From positions 11,594,001 through 11,658,000 of the forward strand of contig NC_043003.1 in NCBI RefSeq assembly GCF_006345805.1: a stretch of 64,000 bases of DNA, in the 5' to 3' direction. The notes below the pieces were generated by a model, which worked only from the letters and a program-made list of their open reading frames with translations, was not told the origin of the DNA and searched no databases. Source of the DNA: Octopus sinensis (Eukaryota). Positions 11,887 to 22,674 of the stretch are shown here, one piece after another (the stretch's first letter is position 1; each line of letters begins with the position of its first letter). Both the position numbers and the translations under genes were made by a program.

Positions 11887-11992
11887 AAGGCAAAGTTAAC
11901 TTTGGTGAAATTTGGACTCTGAATGTAAATCTGGTAGAAATTTTGCTAAGTATTTCACATGACTTGGTAAAGATTCTTTCAGCTTTCTGCCT
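11887..11992 (-). mobile_element. SINE S2 5' fragment, diverged
   Basis: aaggcaaagttaactttggtgaaatttggactctgaatg is the reverse complement of the S2 core. Confidence 0.6.
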
Positions 11993-12303
11993 TTAGCACA
12001 GAAGAGTAATTGTTGACAAAATTCTTTATCCATTCATGCATTCTTTTGAGTCGTATAAAAGACTGGCAAATGTATTTTGTTCTTCAAGTCTCAAAGACTG
12101 TAGTGCTTAGTCAACTTTTTAAAGTTTTATTCTGTCGGGGCCAGCATCCCTATATTTCTGATGAAACACACTGCCTTTGTTTCAGTAAGTTGACATCAAA
12201 TGAGTGGCATGAAATTTTTGATACCGAAAGAGCTATGCCAATACATCTCACACTTGAGGTCTTTGTAGCTATTTTCTCTTTAACTTTTGGCACACTGTAG
12301 TTG

Positions 12304-12393
12304 AATCATATCGCCATACAAATTTTCTCTCTTCTCAATGCAACACAATATCCCTGCAGCTATAAGAGAGAAAACTTGTATGGCAACATGATT
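12304..12393 (-). ncRNA. Candidate pre-miRNA-like hairpin (30-bp stem)
   Basis: Arms at 12307-12333 and 12364-12390 are inverted repeats; the 3 mismatches are all G:U on the minus strand. No mature-sequence match recognised. Confidence 0.3.
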
Positions 12394-12509
12394 TGTCTAA
12401 GCATGCCGAAGGTAAAATTCTTAGCTTGTGGCTAAAATTGCAGGTTTCATTATAACTAGATCTTCTGATTTCTTCATTAAAGAATTGTCATTTAACACAT
12501 AAAGTGTGA

Positions 12510-12566
12510 CTGGCCACGATCATGGCTGTCAGGCTCAGGTCGACAGGCCTCAATCGTGGCCCAGAC
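12510..12566 (-). ncRNA. Candidate pre-miRNA-like hairpin (~22-bp imperfect stem)
   Basis: ggccacgat/atcgtggcc and ctgtc/gacag stems around an ~11-nt loop. Confidence 0.22.
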
Positions 12567-12827
12567 AGATGCATTTAATTTAGGGCGTTTGTTGGGGTCT
12601 AATGTCACTCAAACACTCCAAAACCCCACAGAATGCAAGAGGACTAATAGTTCAACTAATGACTTTTCAGATGAAGTAGAACTTGCCACCATTATATACT
12701 AAGAAGATATTTTAACTATTTTTTGTTTTTTATGCGTGCATGGTAGTCTCATTTGCATAAAAATGTCCTCAGCTGTCCATACTATGTAAGAGCAAATCCC
12801 AGTGCTTTGTGGGTTAATATTTAATGT

Positions 12828-13222
12828 AAATTTATTCTGCCTTTCATCCTTTTGGGGTTGGTAAAATAAGAACCGTGGAGGCACGTGGCTTAGTGGTTAG
12901 GGTGTCAGCATCGTGATCGTAAGATTGTGGTTTCGATTCCTGGGCCGGGCGATGCATTGTGTTCTTGAGCAAAACACTTCATTTCACGTTGCTCCAGTCC
13001 ACTCAGCTGGCAAAAATGAGTAACGCTGCGATGGACTGGTGTCCCATCCAGCTGGGGAACACATACACCATAGAAACCGGGAAACCGGACCCATGAGCCT
13101 GGCTAGGCTTTAAAAGGATGAAAAATAAAAAAAAAATAAGAACCAGTTGAACATTGGGATTGATTTGACTTCCTCCCTCTCTCAAAATTGCTGGCCTTGT
13201 GCCAGAGTTTGAAACTGATATT
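12828..13222 (+). mobile_element. SINE S2b remnant interrupted by S3
   Basis: gcctttcatccttttgggg...aaaataagaacc | agttgaacattggg...gtgccagagtttgaaac. Confidence 0.75.
12875..13132 (+). mobile_element. tRNA-derived SINE S3, full length, with 12-bp TSD
   Basis: A-box tggcttagtgg, B-box ggtttcgattcc; aaaataagaacc at 12863-12874 and 13133-13144. Confidence 0.92.
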
Positions 13223-13698
13223 TTAAGTAAATTTCCATGTTTCACTTTATGGAAACTTTCCCTATTTGCTTGCTTATTTGTTTATTCAGTTCAGACATGC
13301 AATAAAATTGTCAAACTTCTGAGTTTTGAATGTCGTTCAACTCAATAAATACAGTTTCAGTCACTGCTACACTTTTTGCTTATGCCTTGTCCTATTTTCT
13401 TAAGCATATCTTTGTTAATCAATAACTTTCAATGCTGTTCTTTGCTTTAAGCATTGCAAAAGAGTTATAAAAAGCATTTAATAATAAGTACCGTGTGTTT
13501 CATATGTTGTTTGTGCACTTGTTCACTTTGCAAAATGCAACAGTAGACACAAACTAACCGGTAACATTGTTAGCAATTTTCTTCTGTTGTATAACAGTTA
13601 AAATATCACTTCCTTGTTGATTATTCTGGGTTTTTTTTTATTATTTCACAAGTTCGCTGTGCTTACTTTCAAACAACAATATTGTCAGTTTTCACCTG

Positions 13699-13830
13699 AT
13701 ATTACGTAATATTATTGCTGTGTGCCAGTTGGAATGCTTATAATTTTTGAAGAGAGCGTATTAAATTTTACAGAAATTTAAGTACTCAGGCCGATAGTTT
13801 TGCCTCACAGTTAGGTTCTCATTACGTAAT
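13699..13830. promoter_or_regulatory. Two perfect ATTACGTAAT palindromes (PAR-bZIP/NFIL3-type D-box)
   Basis: At 13701-13710 (inside the 14-bp palindrome 13699-13712) and 13821-13830; match RTTAYGTAAY. Confidence 0.4.
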
Positions 13831-14167
13831 TACATATTCTATTCTGCTTTGTTCTCAACACAAGCCCACCAAAATCATATTAGCCATACTTGTGTGTCCG
13901 CAATAAATATTTAATGAAATTCGTGTGAAATTGTCTATTGACATTCATTTGTACCACTCATCTATTATCCTTGTCGTAGTTGGTGAGATGATGTTGGTTT
14001 GGTGCAAGGCTCAGCACGATACCGAATATATTTGTAGTCTTATGACCCTCCAGGGACGAAGAGAGCTTAATCTAATTTGTTAAAATGTGTAAAGGATGGA
14101 CGTTACACGTTTTCACTTTCGCTCCTCTTCATGTCTGCGGAATGTCACATTGTCAACTCACATCAGC

Positions 14168-14236
14168 TCAGTCGTGGTCATTCACACCGCATCTTACACC
14201 GTTGTTTGTTGTTACCTTGGTTAACTTATTGAGGCC
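14168..14236 (+). other. Candidate non-coding first exon
   Basis: Inr-like TCAGTC at 14168 and donor gtaagt at 14237, in repeat-free, CpG-retaining sequence. Confidence 0.25.
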
Positions 14237-14343
14237 GTAAGTTATATCAGACAACAGAAGCAATGGAGGAAAATGTATTTGGTGAGAAGACGATAAAGAG
14301 ATTAGACGGTTAACAACATATTTGCAGTGATCCGCATTGGGGT

Positions 14344-14575
14344 TTAACCCTTTCGTTACCAACCCGGCCAAAACCTGCTCTGGCTCTGTATGTCTTATTT
14401 TCAAATGTCTTGTTTTCATAAGTTTTGAATTAAAATCTTCCACCAAACTTTAGTCACAATTTATGTTCCTAACTCTAGCCTAATGATAAATAAGTTATTT
14501 TACTAAATTCTTTGTTATATTTAAAATAATTTAAAGAAACACAGAGCATCTCAAATAAATTCTGTAACAGAGGGG
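14344..14575 (+). mobile_element. piggyBac-type MITE family B
   Basis: TTAA-CCCTTTCGTTAC left TIR; right TIR degenerate; body collinear with 40191-40423. Confidence 0.85.
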
Positions 14576-15419
14576 AGGGGAAATTGATTGCATTGACTCC
14601 AATACTTGATTGGTACTTATTTTATCGAAGCTGAAAGAACAAAAGGCAAAGTCAACCTCGGCAGAATTAACCCTTATTGTTCACCTACAGTTGTTGTTTT
14701 TGACCTGTTTAGGCATTTTAGAAATCTCTCTCTCTCTCTCTCTCTTTTTTTTTTTTTTGCATTCCATTTTATTATTTAAGCCTCAAGATTATCTAACATC
14801 AATGTGTTGCTGTATATACATACATTCATGTGGACATACGCATGTCCATAGTATATATATATGTGCTTGCATATTCACGTATATCTGTGTGTGTTTGTGG
14901 AGAAAATGCGGAATGCCACCTCCATGGTGTGTAACTTGCCCCCTGCGCCTCCCACCTCCGGTCACCAGCATCTACAAAAAAGCCCACACCTCTAGTTCCC
15001 ACCACCACCACCATTACGGCTGCTGTTTCCATCTCCGCCGCCCTCACTATCGCTGTTTGTTTTCTATGTTAACCAGTTTCTGCTTTGCAGTTCTTGTTTT
15101 CCCTCTTGTCAGATTACTTTGAGTCCATTTCACTATTTTACTCTTCATTTGTGTTTTAATCAAGGAATTCACAGCACATTGCTCATTGGCTGCTCTCTAT
15201 ATCTCTCTCTCCTCTCCCCTTTTCTATCTCCCCCTATCTCTAGCTCCCCCTCTCTCTCTCTCTCTCTCTCTCTCTCCAGCTCTATGATATGGGTGAAAAG
15301 AATAACTCTGTTGTCTATAACATGCTCTATGATCAACTAAATCACATTTGACACCTGGTTTGCTGCTTAATGAAGCTATCACCCCAAAAAACAGTGGGGG
15401 GGGGAGTTTTTTTGTTCAT

Positions 15420-15450
<31 letters not shown>

Positions 15451-15519
15451 TATATGCTTGTATATATTTATATATTTTTTGTGCAATAGTATTTTGGTGG
15501 TGTGTGTGTGGGGGGGATT

Positions 15520-16170
15520 AGAGTGTTCTAGAAGTGGATGTTTGTTTCTTTCCCTTCTCTGTCTTTCACCACCACCCCCACCACAGACTTTGTTTTCTTT
15601 CGTTTCTCCCCCCCCCCCCGCCTCTATTTTCGTTTTCCTTGCTCACATCTATCACCTTTCCTTTCCCTCCCCCTCCCTTTTCCACACTGATTTTTTTTTT
15701 TTTACTCCCCCCTTTCCTTCCTGTTTTCTTCACAATGAATCTTCTTTTTATCACAATCCCCCTTCCCCTCCTCCCTCCTCTCTCTCCTTTCTTTGTTCTT
15801 TACTCCCCCTTCCCCACTGACATCTCTCCTTTTCCCTCCTCTGTCTCTTCATCTCTTTCCCTCCCTCCCCTACATTTCTTGTTCCTCCAGTCTCCCCCTC
15901 CCACCCTCACTCTTTCTCCAGTTTTCCTACTTTCTCCTCCTTCCTCAATCTTTCACCTTCCCATCTCTCTCTCTCTCTCTCTCACTCACTCACATGCTTT
16001 CCTTGTTTCTTCTCTTTCATCTTTTCCTCTCTATCTTCCTCTTCATCATATCTTCACCTTTCCCCCTCCTCCACCTCTGTCTTCTTTTCTCATCATTATT
16101 TTTCTTTCCACATCTGGTTTATCTTCTTCATTTCACATCGTTCTTTTTACTCTTCTCTTTCATTGAAAGA
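15520..16170. repeat. ~650-nt polypyrimidine (C/T) low-complexity tract
   Basis: Direct reading; source of the F/L/S/P-rich ORFs. Confidence 0.85.
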
Positions 16171-16469
16171 AATGAGGTTTAAAGAGAAGAAGAAGAAGGG
16201 AATGTGGAACCCAGTGATAAGCACTGGCGCTGGTTGACCTTATCCTTGTGGTTTGGGAAAGGATTAGAGAGAAGATTCAGCTGAGAAAGCTAAATGATTG
16301 GACCAAAACATTCTGTCACAGCCTTTCTGGCTTCATGTTCTTATTTAGCCCCAGGTCAACCCTGATCCAGTTTAGGCTATGATCGGTAATTCCAGGTGCA
16401 CCACCATATTTTCTATCTCTGTCCCCTCTTTTTGGCTGTTGTCAAAAGTGAAGGTGAAACTTCTTTCAT

Positions 16470-16845
16470 CTCTTACCTGTTTCAGTCGTTGGACTGCGGC
16501 CATGCTGGGGCACCGCCTCAACGTGTTTTAGTCGAAAAATTTGACTACGGTAATTAACAGGTTTCATTTTGGTAACTTATTTTATTGGTCTCTTATGCCA
16601 AGCTGGGGAGGTAAACAAACTAACACCGGTTGTCAAACAGTGGAGGAGACAAACACACCACATACACACACACAACACACACGCTTATATATGATGGGGG
16701 ATTCTTTCAATTTCTATCGACCAAATCTGCTCCTTTGGTGTAAGTTGTCTCAGGGCTATTGTAGAAGATTCTTGCCCAAGTTACTGTGCAGTGCACAGAA
16801 TCAGAGACCACAATTACATGGACTCACCCTACCACACAAACACAA
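16470..16845 (-). mobile_element. SINE S1, near full length, diverged
   Basis: ctgtttcagtcgttggactgcggccatgctgg...cttgcccaag...taccacac. Confidence 0.8.
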
Positions 16846-16980
16846 TACTTCACCAATATATATTTTATTGACCTTGAAGAGATAAAAAGCAAAATTGACC
16901 TCAACTGGATTGGAAGCCAGGAGAAATGCCACAAAGCATTTTGTCCACTGTGGTAATGATTCCATCAGCTCACCACCTTA
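16845..16980 (-). mobile_element. SINE S2, diverged
   Basis: aaagcaaaattgacctcaac...aagcattttgtcc...tcagctccacc. Confidence 0.55.
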
Positions 16981-16999
16981 ATAATAATAATAGATGCAG

Positions 17000-17654
17000 T
17001 ACCAAGCAGTGGCCCTCATGGCTTCTGATCTTAACTGATTGGAATTGTTATCATGTACATTGTTTTGGGCTACAGCAAATATTCTGCTCAATACCACAGA
17101 CTTGCTTGTCAGTTATTTGACTATAACCAGTTGAGCATGTCCCTTAACGGCTGATGATATGTGCATCTCTGATCACAAGCAGAAGTAGTGGGAGAGCATC
17201 ATAGCCATCTGTTACATCGACCCCAGTACTCCACTGGTACTTAATTTATCCCTTGAGCATGTCCCTTGGTGACTGACGATAAGTGCATCACAGAGGTTAC
17301 GAGTAGTGGGGGAGCACCATAGCCATGTGTTGAGTGGAATTCTTTGGGGTTTGGATAATTCACCTCTGGAAACATGGGCGTTTCGTTTAACATCCTTAGA
17401 CAACCTTTATTCAGGAACCTTTTGAGTGGGATGAGCTACTCAACCTGAAGAAAATTCTAACTGGGCCCCACCTGCAAGGTCATGTGCTGTTTATATGTTT
17501 ATATTGATATGAGGTCATCATGTCGTGCACATATGGTTGCGATGTATGTGCCTGGTGTACCCTTATCAGATGGGTAGTGGTGATGGGTTTACTGGGCTTG
17601 GTATATCTGTGTCTCTTTGATGGCATGCACTGCTCTCTCGCTCAATAATAATAA
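17000..17654 (+). mobile_element. Family F copy with internal duplication and captured S2 fragment
   Basis: Collinear with 1295-1790; duplicate blocks 17131-17208 and 17253-17326 flank a 44-bp antisense S2 piece. Confidence 0.8.
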
Positions 17655-17655
17655 C

Positions 17656-17863
17656 CATTTCTACTAAAGGCACAAGGCCTGAAATTTGTGGGAGAGGTTA
17701 AGTCGATTATATCAACCCCAGTACTCAACTGGTATTTATTCTATTGATCCTAAAGGATGAAAGGCAAAGTCGGCCTCAGCGGAATTTGAACTCAGAACAT
17801 AAAGACAGATGAATTACTGCCAAGCATTTTGCCCAGCATGCTAATGATTTTGCCAGCTCCCCA
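17656..17863 (-). mobile_element. SINE S2b
   Basis: ggatgaaaggcaaagtcggcctcagcggaatttgaactcagaac...ttgccagctc. Confidence 0.88.
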
Positions 17864-18442
17864 CCATAATAATAATAATAATAATTATAATAGTTGTTTC
17901 TAATTTTGGCATACGTCCCAGAAATTTTGAGGGGAGGGGTTAATCTAGAATTTTTAGCACAGATTCAAAGATGGGTCTGTGAAGAATTATAACATTTATG
18001 CTTTTCTTAAGACCATCAGCAATTTAAAGACAACGGCATTGGTAATGAGCATCACTATCATCATCGTCATCATCTTCATCAACAAAATCACCACCATCAC
18101 CATCATCATCATCGTCATCAAGCCCCAGTAGATTATTGATCTGGTTTGGGATGTAATAAATAAATTTGGCCAAAGAACGGAGTTAGTTTAGCCAAACTGT
18201 AGAATAAATATAGTCATTTTGATTTTCTCTGGAATCTATCCCGCTACCATTGATTTCAAAGTGGCATTGCTGCAATTTAATAGAATCTAATTAAACATAT
18301 CTGTGTGTGTGTGTGCATCAGTGTAACACACTATATATGTGTGCATGTATGTGTGTGAGTCTGGGGCTTTAAGTCTGTTTGTACTCAGCAGTGTGTAAAT
18401 TTGTCTGGCTGTGTCAGCTGTTGTTTGCTGTGTCTGTTCAGG

Positions 18443-18477
<35 letters not shown>

Positions 18478-18657
18478 CATACATGTATATGTATATATAT
18501 ATATGTATGTATATATATGTGTGTGTGTGTGTCTGTGTCCTTATGTTTAAGTGAACACATGGTTGTGCATATGTATTTGTGTTGCTTGTGTGTATGTGTC
18601 TGGATGCAAGTGTGCACCTCTGCGCATATTTTCTTAGACGAATTTTATTTTCTTTTA

Positions 18658-18712
18658 TAGGCACAGATGTGGCTGTGTGGTAAGAAGTTGGCTTCCCAAC
18701 CACATGGTGTAC
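18658..18712 (+). mobile_element. SINE S1 5' fragment
   Basis: aggcacagatgtggctgtgtggtaagaag...ccaaccacatggt. Confidence 0.7.
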
Positions 18713-18734
18713 GTGTGTGTGTGTGTGTTACTGT

Positions 18735-18930
18735 CTTCTTGCTGTGAAGAAGCATCATGGGGGATGCTTCTTAACATGTGTCACCATCATGCTAGCAGTG
18801 TCCTTTATTTCCAGTCTTCCATGAAAACATGTCAAGTCATGAGGAAATATTACCCTACTTGAAAACAACAGGTATGGGTTGGTGACAGGAAGGGCATTTG
18901 GTCGTAAAAAATCTCTCCCTGTTTCTGTTG
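18735..18930 (+). mobile_element. Family R variant R2
   Basis: Collinear with 1060-1230 (gcagtgtcc...ccagt...ccatgaaa...acttgaaaaca). Confidence 0.7.
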
Positions 18931-18944
18931 CTTGGCAGAGCTGA

Positions 18945-19215
18945 AGTCATCCCAGGTTAATAGTCCTAGAGACGTCATTGTGTGTAGAGCTGACCAACTC
19001 CACCATTCTCCCTCCTGCATCATTATCAGTCCTGTGCCAGCCTCTTTGCATCCTCCAAGGCAACATTGAGCCTCTGGAGGTCTTCCTTAATCACATGCAG
19101 CTGTTTGATGCAGGGTCTGCGACAGGGCTTTTTCCAGCTCACTGCTGCTACATTGGAAAAGATTAAGGCCCTGGTATGATGACCTAACGAGAGGCGGAGG
19201 ACATGTCCATATCTG
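18945..19215 (-). mobile_element. RTE-clade LINE, ORF C-terminal relic
   Basis: Translates to YGHVLRLSLGHHTRALIF...WKKPCRRP...VIKEDLQRLNVALEDAKRLAQD, resembling the RTE RWxGHVLR/RPRGRP/DR motif series. Confidence 0.75.
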
Positions 19216-19321
19216 CTCAACAAATTCTATCCATCTCAGGTGAGCATAGAAAAGTAAACATAAAAACTATGATGATGATATCCTTGCTCTTCTCTCTCTC
19301 TCTCTCCCCCATATTTTCATT

Positions 19322-19640
19322 CAACCTGTGCCGGTGACACGTTAAAAGCACCGTCCAAACATGGCAGTTGCCAGCACTGCCTAACTGGCGTCCGCGTCGG
19401 TGACATGTAAAAGCACCAACCGATCGTGGCCGTTTGCCAGCCTCATCTGGCCCATATGTCGGTGGCACATAAAAAGCACCCACTACACTCACCGAGTGGT
19501 TGGCGTTAGGAAGGGCATCCAGCTGTAGAAACACTGCCAGATCAGACTGGAGCCTGAAGCAGCCTCCTGGCTTCCCAGACCCCAGTCGAACCGTTCAACC
19601 CATGCTAGCATGGAAAACGGACGTTAAACGATGATGATAA
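19322..19640 (+). mobile_element. Retroposon R1
   Basis: gtgccggtgacacg sub-repeats, ggttggcgttaggaagggcatccagctgtagaa, (GAT)n tail. Confidence 0.9.
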
Positions 19641-21825
19641 TAATTGCTCACATAAAATCATACGGTGTGTGTCTCACTTTCTCTTTCTTATATAGAGAGC
19701 TTCACCCTTGAAACTTATTTATAAACTTTATGCCTGTCATATGATGGAATACATTCTTGGATTTACAGTAATTAACTAATAGTTTCTTTCATTTGAGAGA
19801 TGATCCCAATCTTTCCATCCTATATTTTTCATTTCACATATATTTTCTCATTGATAGTTGCTCTGATACACACACACACACACCATCACCCTGCAACTTA
19901 GGTGTATGGCCCCTGCCCCATCTTTGTTACATCTTTAACCGTCTTTTTTTCCTGTCTCTATCCCTTCTCCAGCTGAGGAAGCTATGTCTCTCTTTTAGTG
20001 CAAGACCTCTTTCTGTTCCTCAATATTACTCCCCACCTCAGTTGAGAGGGTCCTGCTTCGCAAGTTACTCAGTCACCTCACTACTGCTGGTGCCACATAC
20101 AAAGCACCCAGTACACTCTAAAGTGGCTGGTGTTGAGAGGGGCATCCAGCTGTAGAAATCATGCCAAGGCAGGCAGCAGAGGTTGGTGTAGTCTTTCGAT
20201 TTGTCTATTCCTGTGAAACTCTCCTACTTATTTTGTGTGTGCATATAATGGCCATGTGTAAGAGAGAAAGAAAAGAAACTTTGAAAAGTGTTATAAATTA
20301 AGAAGGAAAAAAAGGAAAACCTAATAAAGGAAACCATACTAGTACATTGCTCGTATCTATTTTATAAAACTGCTGGGAGATGAAAAGGGATAAAGCCTTT
20401 AGGGGAATTTGAACTCTTAAACTGGTGGTTACAAACTAAATAGGGGGACATCTTATTTGTTATTATTTCTGTGAATTCCACTGCTTTACTCTTTAAAAAG
20501 TCGTTTCTGGTGATGATGGGGCTGGTAGTGTCAGAAAATGGGACTTTTGAGGAGATTTTAATTTGAAGGAGTGACAGGGGTGGGGCGGAGGGTGGAGGTG
20601 GCCTCTCTTGTGCTTTTGTTTGGTCGGACAAAAGATTAATTTCTCACATAAGCCAATGTCACACTTACTATTTATCCATCTCTCTCTCTCTCTCACATAT
20701 CTTAAGGTCCCCTTCACAGGTAAATTGTTCCCAAATGCAATGAGTATTGTCAATATAGGCAGATATAAGGGGTAGCAATAGGGGCAAACAGCCAACAAAA
20801 TATAATTTATTTTATTCTTATTTATATACATTCATTGTTATTTATTTTTCCCTAGTTTTTTCTTTTTCTTTTGTGTTTTTTTTTTGTGTATTGCAGATTT
20901 CTTCTGACACATTATATCTGAGTATGTCATTGGTGTTGGTAGTGGCAAGGGAGGGTGTTGTATTTGTGTGGCTTCTGGTTGGTGGGGCAGGAGTGGAGCA
21001 ATGAAACCTAAGTGGAACAATTTCATCTGAGGTTGGGTTTCTTCCTTTCACCTGTTGATCACTGGACCGGAACTGAAGTCCTGTTTAAAATACCTTTCTT
21101 TCAATGACCTACAATTAATGGCTTCTACTTTTACATTTTAGCCCTGAGTCAAACTAACTGGCTAAATTGGAATGAAGTGTAGGGGCTACTTTTAAACAGC
21201 TGGTTTAAAACTGAGATATAAAAGAACCCCCTCATCATAGATAGACCTCATTTTATTGTATGGAGGCTGTTGACAGAGAGCAAAACATTTAAAATATTCG
21301 TTTTGTGTTTTTGCTTTTGCTTTTCTAAGCATAACACATCTCGTAAACTTTCGGTCGTACTTCTGGCCATCTTCAAAGGCATTTCAGTTCGAGATTTTGT
21401 CTTAAAATTTTTGCTTCCCCTTCACATGTACACAGAAAAATGCACATGCTTACACAAATACACACACACATCTAATAAAATCATTTTTCTCTTGGTTATC
21501 ATTTTCCCTGTTACACTAAGACTATGTGTGCAAAAAAATCTTAAAATTACCATATTTACTCAAGAATTCACACCCCAGTTTCTTCAGTTCAAATCAAGTG
21601 TGAAGCAGTGCAACTTACACATGAATAAATGCAGTATTTAATATCCCAAATATTCACACATACGTGGTTGTTTTCCGCTTTGTTTACTTCTTTGCTTTAA
21701 GTGAGCCCAGCTTTATACGCAAATGATATCAGTTTTCTGGGAGGTGGATATTTGAATGTATCAGTTTGTATGTATGTGTACTAGAGTTTCAAAATATATT
21801 TTTATCTGCTATTTTTATTTTTTTA

Positions 21826-22117
21826 TTCCGGGTTCAGTCCTACTGTGTAGCACCTTGGGCAAGTGTATTCTACTATAGCCTCAGGCCAACCAAAGCCTTG
21901 GTAGATGGAAACTGAAAGAAGCCGGTCGTATATATATGTGTGTGTGTGTGTGTGTATCTGTGTTTGTTCCCCCAACATCATTTGACAGCTGATGCTAGTG
22001 TGTTTACATCCCCGTAGCTTAGCAGTTTGGCAAAAGAGACTGATAGAATAAGTACGAGGATTACAAAGAATAAATCCTGAGGTCAATTTGCTCGACTAAA
22101 GGCAATGCTCCAGCACT
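21826..22117 (+). mobile_element. SINE S1, 5'-truncated
   Basis: ccgggttcagtcc...ccttgggcaag...gctccagca. Confidence 0.88.
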
Positions 22118-22175
22118 GGTCAGCAAACCTCAGTCTCCACTTTTGGATGGTTGATGAGGAAGTTGGTACATGAGA

Positions 22176-22355
22176 AAGTCAACCCTGCCAGATAAATTGA
22201 AGAGACAATTCTTCAGAGCAGTTGTTAAATCTGTACTTGTATATGGATCTCCGACTTGGACTCTCACCGAGAGACTCGGGTGCATGCTGGATGGTGCCTA
22301 CACCAAATTATGTGCAGTGTTCAACATCTCTTGGAGGGAGTACCTAACAAGACAA
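22176..22355 (+). mobile_element. RTE/RTEX-like LINE reverse-transcriptase C-terminal fragment
   Basis: LPDKLKRQFFRAVVKSVLVYGSPTWTLT...LDGAYTKL..V.NISWRE resembles the conserved LLYGxETW / LxISW block after the RT domain. Confidence 0.78.
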
Positions 22356-22367
22356 TGGTTATCTGTG

Positions 22368-22553
22368 GTAAGCTGGCAGAAACGTAAGCATGCTAGACGA
22401 AATGCTTTGTGGTATTTCATCCACATTCTGAGTTCAAATTCCGATGAGGTCGAGGTCGATAAATTAAGTACCAGTTGCATACTGGGGTCGATGCAGTCGA
22501 CTTAATCCGTTTGTCCCCTCTGTGTGTAGCCCCTTGTGGGCAGTATAGAAATA
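22368..22553 (+). mobile_element. SINE S2a with internal deletion
   Basis: agctggcagaaacg...gagttcaaattcc...gccccttgtgggcagta..gaaata. Confidence 0.88.
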
Positions 22554-22674
22554 GGCTATCTGCTATACTTCAACACATAATATTGTTATGTTTGTGTAGA
22601 ACAAAGAATTAGCAATTCCATGATATTTGATAGTGACTGTTAAATTGATATATATATATATACTTTTCATGTCT

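Noticed and set aside
12158-12168. CTGATGA-AAC as a hammerhead core (also CTGATGA at 17151 and a GAAAC stem near 46805)
   Set aside because: There is no stem II followed by GAAA at the right spacing, or the core has several mismatches.
12010-12300. 96-aa plus-strand ORF upstream of the hairpins
   Set aside because: No recognisable motif and no convincing splice context; the length is within chance expectation.
20362-21051. ORFs of 62-112 aa, and a plus-strand exon-like segment 20897-21031
   Set aside because: The exon-like segment has stops in all three frames. The ORFs have no homology cues and overlap on both strands. It could be UTR, but that is unsupported.
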